In this document: positions 12,630 through 24,635 of the stretch, piece after piece | Numbering within the stretch: position 1 is the stretch's first letter | Layout: every line of letters begins with the position of its first letter | Assembly: GCA_013239625.1 (NCBI GenBank) | Contig: MU054662.1 | Span: 14,683,798-14,747,797, forward strand | Length of the DNA stretch: 64,000 nucleotides | Direction: 5' to 3' | Source of the DNA: Lama guanicoe | Lineage: Eukaryota | Made by a program: the position numbers and the translations under genes | Notes under the pieces: generated by a model | The model's input: only the letters and a program-made list of their open reading frames with translations | What the model was told of the DNA's origin: nothing | Database searches by the model: none

Positions 12630-12840
12630 CATTGTTTTGAATGAATGATAAGGTTTCACAGGTGTTTACTGAGTGCACATTCACTGGGGTCACAGTTAGA
12701 CTCAGACGGACTGTAAAAAAGGAAAACATGTGGTACCTGGATGGTTTTGAGGACAAGAAGAACAACAAAGAAGCAGGGAGGAGATGGCAGGCAGGGCAGG
12801 GTGGGGAGGGGCGCGTGTTGGGAACAGTGGTCTGAGTTGG
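12630..12840 (-). mobile_element. L2 LINE remnant(s)
   Basis: ttgaatgaatga and gtttactgagtgc, followed by an A/G-rich L2-like body. Orientation uncertain. Confidence 0.4.
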
Positions 12841-13584
12841 GGGGAAGCACCTCTGGCCTCTCTGTCTGTGGGGTGGACAGTTCTGTCCTCTGAGGGCTTT
12901 GTCCAGGCCTGGAGCCACAGGGTCTGGTTTCCTGGATCAGCCCTGGGGGTGGAAGAGAAGGGGACCCCCAGGCTGGGCCGGAATCCCCGCTGGAGGTGAG
13001 ACACAAGCTGGCGGCCTCGAGAGCACGTGGGGCGGACTGGCGTCAGTGGTGGGGGCTGCGGGACTTGCCAGGGGCCTGAGGAGCACATCACAGCAGAGCC
13101 GGCCAAGGCTGCAGTGTTCCCACTCCGTCAAGGCCACAGAGGGGCTGTGCGCTCCAGGAGCGGCCTCCTCCGCCCGCCGCCTGGCCTGGCCTCAGTTCCA
13201 CTTCGAGCACTTCCTTGGGGAGGACGCACCTCCTGCTCCTCTCCCAGCACCGGGTTCATTTTCCAAACAGGAAAACAGGGTTTTACGTCTTGGCTCCTTG
13301 CAGCAGCCTTCCGAGACTGGACGGGCGAGAACCCACAGCGTCCCCGGCCCAGGGCCGTGGCGCCTTTCCCCAGCCCCGACCTCCCAGCATGCTTTTCCCA
13401 GTGCAGGCCTGGCGTGAAATGTGCTGCCGCTGAGTCACTTTGGGAACTGTGGGCTAATTCCCCTCATGCTGCTCATTTTTTCCCCTTCGAATGAGTGGCC
13501 TTTACAACAGCCTTAACAAAGCCTTTGAGTTCAGCAGATTCCTAGAAAGCAAGTCCCTCCCTCCCTCCATCTCTCTCTTTGCCC

Positions 13585-13705
13585 CTCCATCCCTCCAGTA
13601 TGTGTTGAGCCCCTACTCTACGCCCAGATTTGCTTTCAGCCCCAGGAACACAGCCGTGAACAGTGCAGCTATAGCTGCTGTCAGGGGAATTGCATTCCAG
13701 TGATT
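13585..13705 (-). mobile_element. L2 LINE 3' remnant
   Basis: tatgtgttgagcccctactctacgcccag...ggaacacagccgtgaacag...ggaattgcattccagtg resembles L2 (tttattgagcacctactatgtgccagg...gatacagcggtgaacaa...gagcttacattctagtg). Confidence 0.65.
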
Positions 13706-13769
13706 CTGATCAGTAGTATGAAGTCTTCGGGTGTTGCTCATGTCGGGAATGGAAAATGGCAGGTCTGGA

Positions 13770-13890
13770 AGGTACTTTATAGATCACCTAGTAAAACCTC
13801 CTCATTTCACAAATTAGGAATCTGAGCTCAGAAAAGGCACATGTGTGGCCAGAGGTCCCGCAGCTGGTCAGGGCCAGAGCAGGAGGAGCC
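13770..13890 (-). mobile_element. MIR/MIR3 SINE
   Basis: gatcacctagtaaaacctcctcatttcacaaattaggaatctgagctcagaaaagg...gaggtcccgcagctggt. Confidence 0.75.
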
Positions 13891-15569
13891 CATGTGGGGC
13901 ACAGAGCTTTCCCACTGGGTGGTGCGTCACCAGCCCGTCGTCCCCGGGTCTGCTTGGTGTCTGAGTGGGTGGTTTTCAAGGCTGAGGGACATCGCGGTCC
14001 CGGTCAGAACAGGGGATACAGCGACATCCCAGGTGACTGAAATCTGGGACGAGGGGGAGCGTTTCTAAAATGGAAACATCTTGTGTCCGTGGGACGCGGG
14101 TAGTGTCTCTGGAGGGGTGTCTCTGGGGCGCCCCTGGGAGGGGGAGGAAGAGACAGGTAAACACGGTCGGCCTTGCAGACCTTCACCTGAAGTCTGGGCT
14201 CCTGGGGGCTAAACACCCCCACCCCAGGCCCCCTGCCCACTTGTCCGGGCTGGACCCCAGCTGCCCGAACTGCAGCTTGGGGTCTTGTCCCCCTCTCCCA
14301 CGCCTCCTCAGGACCCCGCCCTGTTGGCAGCTGTCTGCTCCTCGGATGCAGAGCCTCGCTGGGAAGCCTGGCCTTCTCCTTGGTTCCTTCCCACGACACT
14401 TCCTGAACTTGCACAAGGCTAGTGTTGAGTGGTGCCCTGGACAGCTGGGGGTACCCGGGGGCGTCTGCATGGGACTCGAGGAGACAGTCATCACATTCCG
14501 TCTGTGTTGCTGAAGGCTGGTGAGAAGTTATGAAACGTGCAATTCAAAGAACGACATTAAATAGTGCATTTGTGTAAGAGTTCCAGAAATCCATAAAAAT
14601 GGGTAAATGAGGACGTTGAGTTGGCCTTCCTGGGCACAACTGTATGTGTTTCAGTTTTGATGCGTGAAATGGCTACCAAGCCACGCCTGCCTCAGACGTA
14701 GGGGTAATCTGTTCAAGCACCCAATAGGCACCAGTAACTGGAAACTCTGTCCATGCAAGCAGCTGATGAAAGTTTTAAAACCATTCGTTTACAACCGCTT
14801 AGGAACTCACAACAGTGGAAACTGTTCAAAGGCTCAGGGCCTTCCTGCTCCTTCCTGACAGAGGTGGTGCTGGCGTCTCCTGTGATGGTTTGAACAGCTC
14901 CATTGGCTTTTTTGTGTCAAGCACTTTGAAACTGTGGCCGTGTGTGTCCCATCCGAGCAGCGGGCTCTCCGCTGGACGGCTCTGATGCGCGGGCTGTGCT
15001 GGAACATGAGCCCCTAATGCCCTCCCCTAGCCCTCGGGGACAGTTCCACTGCACGTCCACAGGCAAACAGGACGGAGCCCCAGCAGCTCAGCAGCACCTC
15101 TCGGCCTGTGTCCCTCCCCACGTCCCTTCACCCTGGTCCAGGCATCCCTGCTCCAAACCTTGATAGAACAAAGCCTGTCGTGCTGTGACTCTGGACTCCG
15201 ACCGCAGAAGAGGGAAGGCGCGAGCCACTGGAGCAGGTGAGAGGTAGGGGAGAAGGCGGGGAGAAGGCGGGGAGGGCAGAGGACTCCGGGCAGCAGAGGA
15301 AGGGGTTGCCCGGGTCCTGGCGATGTGGTGTGGACCTCCCACGAGGAATGCTGGGGCTGCAGGTGCCGCACGGAGAGCCCTGCCTCCCTGCTGGACAGAG
15401 CGCCCAGGCTGCCAGCTCCTCTAGACACTCACACTTCATCCAAAAGCCGACCTGGAAAACGGGACCCGGACACTGACGTGCTCCCTGCAGTTCCTTCGTT
15501 AGGTCATGGTCCTGCAGGGCCTGCCTCTGCGATGAGGCGTGCCTTCCATGGGACAAAGTGACGGTGGTG

Positions 15570-15755
15570 GAGGTGATGCTGATTCACGCCCACACAGTGA
15601 CCGCTAACACCAGCAACGTCCTTTAGTCCCGGACACTGTTGAGAGCCTAAAGATAAGGGCACATCCATGTGTCTGACCTCACAGGTGAGGAGGTTGAAGG
15701 TCTGAGGACAGGGTGACTCACCCGCAGTCAAAGCCGGGCATCTGACTCAGCCTGG
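15570..15755 (-). mobile_element. MIR SINE remnant
   Basis: tcacaggtgaggaggttgaaggtctgagga...caaagccgggcatctgactc. Confidence 0.45.
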
Positions 15756-17239
15756 ACCTCCGGGGACCAGCGCGGGGCAGTCAGAGGAGGCAGAGGTGTC
15801 AGGGGTGGTGACTCTTGCTCGAGACCATGGGGACACAGTACTCTCAACACGGGACAACAGAAACTGTGTGTACTCAGGGGAGGGCGGGCGGTCAGGCCTT
15901 TGAAAGATGTTGGTGAAGCTGGGGCTCCTGGTGGCTGTGCGCGGGTGAGACGGAGAAAGGGGGTGGCTGTTCCAGCACAGTGCCCACCGCCAGGGGCTCC
16001 TGCAGGATGTCCGCAATGGATCAGGGACCACCCTCCCCACCAAAGGCCAACACGCAAGGAGCATGGTGTAAGAGTCTGTACGCTGTGGTGTGTCACCCTC
16101 AGGGCAGCCTCTCACTGGTCTCACTGCAGGGCAGGGCTGCTCGTTCTCAGGGACCCCTGCTGTCTTCCAACGCCCTGAGATACACAGCCCTCTAGTCACT
16201 GTTCCCCAAAGGCACCGGGGCTTCAGACCCTCCCTGCTTTCTTGGCATCGTCACAGGCTCTGATCCTGTGAATGTGCAGTCCGACGCCCCTCCAGGAGGT
16301 CCCTGCGGTCAGCGCGGTTGGAGGGAGGCGACCTTGTGATGTGAATGGAAGATAAACGTTGTATCTGATGACACAATCTGAGCAAATTTCTAAAAGGCCA
16401 CTTTCCGAAAGATCTATTTGTCCAGCTGCCCGATTAAGATCGATAAGGATTTCACAGTGTTCATCCAGGGAAGCAAACATTAGTGATGTTTTGTCAGTTG
16501 ACTTTCTTTCTCTTCTCCAGACGTAAAGCACTCCCGTATTTGGGGAGGGGCTCATCTCCTCGTCAGAGGCCCCCCGGGCCTGGAGTGGGAAAATCCACAA
16601 ACACGTGTTAGTGGGGCTGGTCTCAGACGGGTGTGGTGGGTGTGACTCCTCACAGGTGCCTTGTTCAGCCCTGTGCCGCCTCTGGGGGCTCTGCCCAGAC
16701 ACCAGTGTGGTGGCGGGCACACCTGCCCCCTAGCCAGCCCTCCAGTCCTCATCATGGCCCCAAATTAAATGTATAGCTCGTAAGGCAGTCATTGCCATGT
16801 CACACGGGCCAGGATTTACCTGCTGTGGGTGTGTTCCGTCTCCCCAAGTTTCAGCGCCTGTGCACACCCATGGGACTGCGCCACAGCGTCTCACGGTGGC
16901 TTCCGCTGGGAGTCCTGACACTGTGCTCGCTGCTGGCAGGTGCACAGATGCCCAGGCTTCAGCCTCCAACCTGCAGAAAAGCACTCCGAGGACAATGCAG
17001 GTGGCAACCAAACTGCAGTGGGGACGCAGGGTCAGGCATGTGTCGTAACTTCCCACAGCGAGAGTCCAAGTCAGCCAGCTCTGCCTAATCACACACCAGC
17101 TCCCAAGCATCCAAGGCTTTTGGTTCTTACATCGTTTCCTGTAAAAGCGATGCCCCAGCCGAGGCTGTGACTGCACAGATGACTTCGTGGGTGACCCTGA
17201 TCACTGGCGCAGAGTCAGCAGAGCTGGGTCCCGACTGGG

Positions 17240-17483
17240 AAGACGTTTTAAGACTATCTTAGCCAACTTGTGGAACTGTTTTCTTTTCATACACGTGAAA
17301 GAGCAGAATACAATAAAAGACTCTGCCATGGGGAGCCTCAACAGCTCTTCGAACAAATACAAAATTAAACCATGCCGTAGGAATGCACTGTGTCTGGTTA
17401 ATTGGGAGTCTTTTGTTTCTTAATAAATTGTACATAAAATTATAAATGGAATATAATTGTGTCTTAGATTCGGTGAAACACAG
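17240..17483. mobile_element. Possible TcMar-Tc2 (Kanga/MER104-like) DNA transposon end
   Basis: AT-rich tract ending gtgtcttagattcggtgaaacacag, similar to my recollection of the Tc2-family terminus gcgtcttagattcgatgaaatacgg. Confidence 0.45.
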
Positions 17484-17595
17484 AGCTAGGTAAGTCACCA
17501 TATCCGTGGATCCTACGGTAATTCTCACATGACAGGGTCGTGTGGGTGTTCTCCCCTCTTCTGATTGAGCTCGGGTTAGTTTGCCACTGTTTTCT

Positions 17596-17908
17596 TGGTG
17601 ATGATCAATTTTTGTGTCGACGTGGTGTCTGGTTGTCCAGTCAAATGCTGGTCGAGATGCTGTAGGTATGATTAACATTTCCGACCAGTGGACTGCAAAG
17701 AAGTGGAAGGGATTATCTTCCGCAGTGGGGGGTGGGGCCGGGCCAAGGCCTCAGGACCCAAAGAAGAAAGGGTTCCAGCTCTGGCCTGCACTGCCTGGCT
17801 GCCCTGTGGATTTTGGACTTGCCAGTCCCTGTAACCCCGTGAGCCAGTTCCTTTAAAGGAAGCTCTTTCCCACTGGTTCTGCTTCTCTGGAGAAGCCAGA
17901 TGAACACA
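17596..17908 (+). mobile_element. MLT2 (ERVL) solo LTR, degraded
   Basis: Begins tggtgatgatcaatttttgtgtcgac (MLT2 tgtgatggttaattttatgtgtcaac), contains gccctgtggattttggacttgccag...cgtgagccagttcctt, and ends tggttctgcttctctggagaagccagatgaacaca. Confidence 0.85.
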
Positions 17909-17959
17909 ATATGTGCTGGGTGGATCTGAACAGTGTGGCCAACATAGAACTACTCCTGC

Positions 17960-18420
17960 CCCAGCGGGTTGAGCCCGCTTAGCGGCCCTCTCTCCTCTGG
18001 GAGACCCGCGGGCTGACCCTGCGGCCATCCTAGGCCGCTCCCATCTCCCTGCTTGAGACCTGCGCTTCAGGCTGCGGGCACCCTCACCACTCTGCCGCGT
18101 GAGCCCTGCGAGGGCCGCAGGGACGCTTCTCCTGGACGGAGGATAGGAGTGGCCACCTCAGAGCAGCTCGCCGTCTCCGAGCCACCTGCTCGGCCGGGCC
18201 GCACGTGCGCAGAAGTGACTGAGCTGTCCTAGTGGGTTCCCCGGCACAATCCAGCATCCCTCAACTGTGCATCTCTCACAGTTAATGAGAACCCACAGGG
18301 CGGAGTAACGAACATCGCGCTTGGACTCACAGCTCTGCTGACGGCCAGCGGCGGCCCTGCCTCGCTCCTCATCCGTGATCAGCACGTCTTCACCAGTCAT
18401 TCTGCCCAGTGTGCTCAGAC
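17960..18420. promoter_or_regulatory. Small CpG-island-like segment
   Basis: About 35 CpGs in 460 bp by hand count at high GC. E-box CACGTG at 18202-18207 and GC box GGGCGG at 18298-18303. Confidence 0.55.
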
Positions 18421-20059
18421 GGCTCAGTCTCACTGAGGGGCAGGCCTCCCTGGCCGGGGGCAGGAGTCCAGGGATGGAGAGAAGAGAAACCTCGGCGCTG
18501 ATGGCCACAAAGCCCATGCTTTCCTGGGGCCGCGGTGATGGTGGGTCCAGGAAGGGGGGATGTTTGAGCTGCAGGGACCCTAGAGTCATCCAGCTGAATC
18601 CTTTTCTCCTTCAGAGGCTTAAAGAGGATGCGAATGTCCCCCTGCCTCCTATGCTGTGCTCTCCTGTTTGCCCACCCCGGTCGGGGGACGTGCAGCGGAT
18701 GGCAGAGGTGCTGGCCTCTTGCAGGAGCAGCCACTGCCCACGTCTCGGCCCCATCAAGGCAGTACCGCTAGCTCACCTGCTGGCATTCACTCTGTTCTGT
18801 TGTCACCTTCCGGGGACCAGTCCCACCCCAGAGACCAGGAGGGGCGTGCCTGAGAGAGGGGGCCCTGCGGAGAGCCAGCTCTGTGACCCCCCCAGAGACG
18901 TGTCCTGCCATGCTCTTGTTGGGGCACACCTGTTCCCCGTGCGCCCGGTGCAGTCCTGCGGTGGTGGTTCCCTGGGGCAGAACACACATCCTGGCTCCAG
19001 AACCAGGTCCCCACACTCAGGCTGCCTGAGATTCAAGCCCCCCTCCATATGGTGGGCATAAAGCAGTGTCCGTGTCTTAGATTCTACAAGGAATAAATAG
19101 TGTAATGTGTAAAGCACTCAAAGAACCTGAGTGGGAGCCATCACTCCCATTGACTCCTGGTCTCCATGGGGCAGGAGGTGGTGCCCCTCCTCCCTGCCTT
19201 GGGGGCGGGTGGACACATTTCTAGTCTCTTCTGACCGACAGAACCCTTCGCGGTCTAAGGACGTGACGTGTCAGAACCCTTCCCAGGCCTCCCTCCTCGG
19301 CAAAGCCGAGTGACAGGTAGCAGGTTGCGAGAGTCGCCTGGCCGGCAAGGGTGGTGCAGCTGGACCACAGGGCGGGATGCTGCCCGCTTCCAGGCTGGTA
19401 GAGAGCTGCCTCTCCGGCCCTGAGTGGCCTCTCCCCATCCCCAGCTCCCCAGGACAGCTGCCCTGCCCATATCTGGGAATTTCCAGACTTGTGCCTGTAG
19501 GACGCTGCCCAGTGTCACAGCTGATCTTCATCCTGATTGGTTAACACCTGTGTAACACGCTTGTCGAATATTTTGAATTTCATCCCATCCTTAACATATT
19601 ACTGACTGCTTATCCTGTGCCGGGCACCGTCCCATCTGTGTGGGGATGCACTAAATCACAAAGTCCTCACAGCCACACCAGGAGGACAAGTGTTATCACT
19701 GCGCCCGGGATGCGGAGACAGGGCGAGGGCTCTCCTGCCCAGGACCGAAGAGGTAGAGTCGACCCTCTAACCCCTGGGCCCCCTGCCTTTTCAAACTAGC
19801 ACGAACAAGGACAACCACCCAGGAGAAAAGCGGGCGAAGCGTTCGAACAGGTGGTTTGCCTGCACACGGGAGAGACATCGATGCACACTGAACCCACAGA
19901 AAGCCTTCAGCTCCTGTCGTCTTCAAAGGTTTTAAGTAAGTGCAAGTAGCGACAATAACGAGGCATTTTCCCACGACCATATTGGAAAGGATTTGCACGA
20001 CGGATGGAGCCCAGTCTCAGAGGTGCTGTGAGGATTCAGACAACCGCAGCTCCAGGGAC

Positions 20060-20530
20060 TGGGGGGACATCTGGGGGCAGTTTGGTCGCATGTATCAAAC
20101 GTAAATGAGTTTGCCCTTTGGAAGGGCAAGTTCACTGCTGGTTTACCTTAAGCAGGAAATCACATCCCAAGGGCGTTCATAAAAGCACTGCTTGTAACTG
20201 CAAAGCAGCGGAAACCACCAGAACGCTCAACAGCAGTGACTTGTGAGTAAATTACAGCAAATCCCGACAATAAAACACTGTAACCCTTAAAAATGGTGAC
20301 TCAAGTGAAACCCTGGAGGGACATTTTGCATAAATAGGGTGGTGGAGCAGCTTGTGCAGAACCGTGTGGATTGTAGAGAATTATTCCCGTCCGTCTACAC
20401 CGGGGGTTCCTCTGGAAGGAGGGGCGCTTCAGAGCCGTCCCCAGGGGCGGGTCTCTAGGGGCAGGAGACTGTTTTATCTCCTTTGGGGCACAATTTCCAT
20501 GTTTGAATATTTACACTTGAAAGGAGTCAT
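20060..20530 (+). mobile_element. L1ME-like 3' end remnant
   Basis: ctgggggcagtttggtcgcatgtatcaaa...gttcataaaagcactgcttgtaactgcaaagcagcggaaaccacc...gtaaattacagcaaatcc follows the L1 3' consensus order. Confidence 0.7.
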
Positions 20531-23500
20531 CCAAACGGTCCAGCCCGTGGCCTGCTCTGCCGCTAAGCCTGCGTCGCCCGTTCCTGCCCCGACACCACAG
20601 TCTAGGCGTCTGCTCCGTTCTCCTCTTGCTCCTTCTGACTCTGGACGGACCCTCCCCGGGCCCCCGCGGGCCCTTCTCTTGGAAACTGTGAGTGACCGTC
20701 TGCCTGTGGTGGCTGTGGCCTCCTGACCTGTTGGCCTCACTGCGCATGATTGGAACTAATCTTGGGTATGTTTTCAAACAAAGGTCAGTCAGCCCCAAGT
20801 AATGCAGGCACTCGAAATTCCCAGGTTCTTCAGAACTGTTAGTAGTGGGCGCAAGCCCTCTGAGGTTCTACACCCTCACTTTGCTAATGGAATTAAGACC
20901 CTGAGCCACCTAGGGGCTGAGGTGCACCTCCGCCCCGTCAGAACCAAGTCCAGGGCTGGCGCAGCCATGACCTTGGCCACTCCCATAGCGTCAGCTCAGG
21001 ACGTCTGCATGAGGACACGCTTCAGGGCTGAGCATTTGCAGGGACGCTCACCGAGGGCCCTGAGACAGCGGGAATCATCTCTGTCTGTGATGTGACAGCA
21101 GTTGAATAATCCTCTTCCTAGTCTTTTCTGAAAGCTCTTTGGCTGGAGGTGTGGAGCCGCCTAACGCCCTTCCTGGTTACCTGAGCTGCATCTGCAGCTC
21201 TCTCTCACGCCTTCCTTGCAAAGGGTGGTGTGAAAGCTTTCAGGCCGGTTCACACCAGGGAAACACCGTATTGGAAGCACTTGTGCTGTTTCCACGTTTG
21301 GCAACAGGAGGTTGTCAGCCAATCTCTTGAGCTCCTCAGAGCTTTCAAGGGCGGACGAGGATCCTTCCCTCTGGGTTCAAACACGATACCAATTCACTTA
21401 CAGACGAGAACAGTTCTAAGAGACCAAGAGTGAGGCTCAAAGCTCCTCCAGTGGGGCATTAATTTTCTATTAAGAACAAAACTAATGAGTTTAGCCAATT
21501 TCTGGTGCTCATAAAGTCGTGCTTTTCATTATCAAGGTTAAAAGCCTGCTGGAGACACCGGCTCCTTGAGGGGAGCCCCAGAGCTGGGGCTGGAGGTGCT
21601 GCCTGCCGGGCAGGGGCGGGTGGCGGGGCATTGGGATGTGTGGCTCAGAATTAGGGCCCCACCCGCTTGCTGTGTTTCCTCTCACCTAGCACCCCTCCTG
21701 GCCAGCTGCCAGCAAATCGCTCAGGACAAAGACTCGTAGAACAGCTTTTGGAAGATCACTGGCCTCTGCCACATCCCTCCCAGGTCCCTGACCCCTGACA
21801 TATCCCCCGATTCCCATGGGAATCCCCAAATCTCATCCAGCCACTGCCGCCGGGGCTGTCAGTGCTGCGGGGCTGGCAGGGCCTCAGCACCCTCCCAGAT
21901 ACGCTCCTTCCGGCCTGGAGTCCCCTGGGCAGAAAGCCCCCTAGTCACTCCCGGCTACTTAACACTCCGCTTTGCAGAGAAGATAAAATACCCACAGTTG
22001 AAGATGACCGCCTTCCATGACTGGTCCACGCAACCACTGGCCCTGCTGGGCAGGGGTGGGAGGCCCTCGCCAGCCTCCAGGGGAGCTCCTTCGATGCTTC
22101 CCCTGCGTCTTCGGCTCCACCTCAGGAGGGTCCCTGTCAGTGTCCTTGCTCCCTTGGGCTTGGCCCTGGAGAGGTGGCCCTGCAGGCACCAAGATCTGAC
22201 CCCAGTGCTGTAGGGCCGGGGAACAGGGCTTTGCTGTCTCAGGCTGATGCAGCCTGGGTGTGGGAGCTCTCCAGAAACACGGTTCCACAAATTCCAGCTG
22301 GCTTCAGTCTGTTTGCTTCTGAGTATTTCAGCAAGCAGACGACCACAGCCACAGATCTCCTTGTCTGGACACAGCTTTTAAGCCAGAGTATTTGTCTTAC
22401 TCACTGGCCTCTGGAGCTTGGCCCTTCCCCTTGGCTCATAAATTGACAGTGACCCTGGTGATAACAACCTTATCTGATCTTGTGGGGCATAGGCCTCCCT
22501 TTGTCTTCGAGGACTCAATGAAAGGGCTGATAAGGGCTGATAAGGCCTGCGGTCACATGACACGGCACTCGCTGGTTCTCTGTCAAAACCCTCCTCCAGG
22601 AGATGCAGCGCCTCCTACCCGCCCAGCTCTCTCCTGTGGGGTTTTGTTAGCTGACAAGAGGGAACAAACCACACTGACACTGTCTTGATCCCTCCCCTCT
22701 GCCGGTGCTGCGGCTCGGAAGGCCTGTGGCCAGACTGCTCAGGACAACAGCTTTCCAGGGCGTGGCTTTGCCCAGGTCCTGCTGACTCCCTGGCCACAGC
22801 TCTGCTCCCTTGGTTCAGTTTGACCAAGGGCAGCACCAGGCCTGGTCTGAGTTGATTCTCAGTTAGAAATGCCTGGCTCTTACAGGGGCCGGACCCCAAG
22901 TGGCGCGAACACACGAAAGTTAACCAGCAGCCTTGGTTCCTCCTGAGGCTGAGCAATGGAGCCGCCTCCCTCCGCCCAGCGCAGGGGTTGCCCCACCTGC
23001 GATGGGGGTGCCATCCTCCTACCTCACGGGCGGCTGGAGGGAGATGTGGGGGTAAGTGTCCCAGGAGCAGTCACGTCTTCAGGAGTGTGTTTTCCTCTCT
23101 GAAAACTGACCTGCAGCTTAGAGGGGCTTCCAACGGGCAGAAACACAGTAGCAACGTTTTTGCGAAGTTCCAGCATGAAGCCAGCTGGACGCGGGGAGCA
23201 CTTTCAGCCACTTCCCTGCTGTCCTTCGCTTTACCAGCTCTACTTCCACACCCCTCCCCACTCCACACCCGCTCCTCAGCTGTGCCGCAGCCTGAGGCTG
23301 AGCGGGGAGCTGCCTGGTGAGAGGGAGTCCCTCTACCAGTGGCATTGCGATGGGCCAGGCGTCAGGAGGGGACCTGCAGCTCAGTTGCAGGGATCAGGAG
23401 GGCTTTCTCAGGGATGCTGGCACCACAGCGGCCAGGTGGCAGCGTGGGTCCCATGGCTCCCAGAGCACAGACAGTGAGGATGGCCGGCTGAGCTCTGGCC

Positions 23501-23799
23501 GGCCGGGTAGAGGCAGGGAGGACCTGGACATCGGCACTGGGGACATTTTGAGGACGTCCTAAGCGGGCCTGGATGGGGAAGAGGAGGAAGCTGGGCGACG
23601 TGTGGGCTGTGGGTGGGCTCCTGCAAGGGGAGCACCATCCGAGGGGCGGGGCCTTGCTACCCCCACATCTGGCTGGGGTTCCTGCAGCACCCACATTTCA
23701 TGGGGCTGGAAGCCAGGGCTCTGATTCCTCAAGCACTTCTACCAGGAGCTTCCCCACGTCCTAGGCCTGAATTCCTAATCAGTCCACAGTTCTTCCTCC

Positions 23800-23960
23800 T
23801 CCGTTGCCAAAGTAATTCAGCTAAAATCAGATCTGAACCAACTGTTCCCCTGCGTAAAAGCCTCCAATAGCTCCCCATCACCCAGAGACAGACGGTCTGC
23901 TCTGAAAGGGGCCCCGGGGCCCTGTTCCAGCTTCCCTGACCTCCGGCCTCTCATGGCCTC
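23800..23960 (+). mobile_element. L2 LINE remnant
   Basis: ctaaaatcagatctga...ttcccctgcgtaaaagcctccaatagctccccatcacccaga resembles L2 (ctcccctgcttaaaacccttcaatggctccccattgc). Confidence 0.7.
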
Positions 23961-24504
23961 CCCAGGAGGGATGCCCCAGGCCAGGTGCTGCTCACCTCCG
24001 TGCCTTCTCCTGCTGGGCATCTCACCCTCTCTCTGGTCAGTGCCCGGCCACCCCCGCAGGCCGGCTCAGGCACGCCTGCCCTTGCCCACCATCCTTCCCA
24101 CCCCTCCCCCAGCACCAGCCACTGTCCCTGCGCACTTCTCTGCGGATCCTGCCCTCTCCCCCTGCACAGGCGCTGGGCCAGTGTTTGTCCCCCGCCAGCC
24201 CTGGTTCCCTGGCCGTGGCTCTGGACTTGGCGCATGCCAGCTACGGAACTGGACGAGAGGGGATGGGGCTGTGTTCTCTAACCTCTGGCTGGGAGGCCGT
24301 GTCAGTAGATGCATGGAGGAGAGTTTGGGGTGGAGTCTAGTCCAGGTGCTTGTCCCACACCCGCCCCTTAGGGGTTCTTCCAGATCAGCAGTTCTGGGGT
24401 CCTGGGCAGTCATGACACTGCCGGGCCCGGGCTGCACTTGGCAGGGGCGGTGCCTGGCCAGAGCTCACCCACCTTGTCCACAGGTCCCAACTGTGCTTCG
24501 GCTG

Positions 24505-24635
24505 CATGCCCAGCTGGTGTGTGCAGCCTTGGGCAGGTCACTGCACCTCCTTAGGCCTCAGGCTTCCTGTCCCTAAAATTAGCAGAAAGGGCCCACATTC
24601 CTTTGACGTTCTCCCAGCCCTGAGGCTCTGAGCTC
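24505..24635 (+). mobile_element. MIR3 SINE remnant
   Basis: tgtgcagccttgggcaggtcactgcacctccttaggcctcaggcttcctgtccctaaaatt. Confidence 0.65.

Noticed and set aside
21150-21350. Possible CR1/L3 remnant
   Set aside because: Similarity too weak to call by eye.
23429-23443. CTCF-like CGGCCAGGTGGCAGC (also GGACCAGGGGGCAGC at 47791-47805)
   Set aside because: Both have G at the near-invariant C position of the CTCF core.
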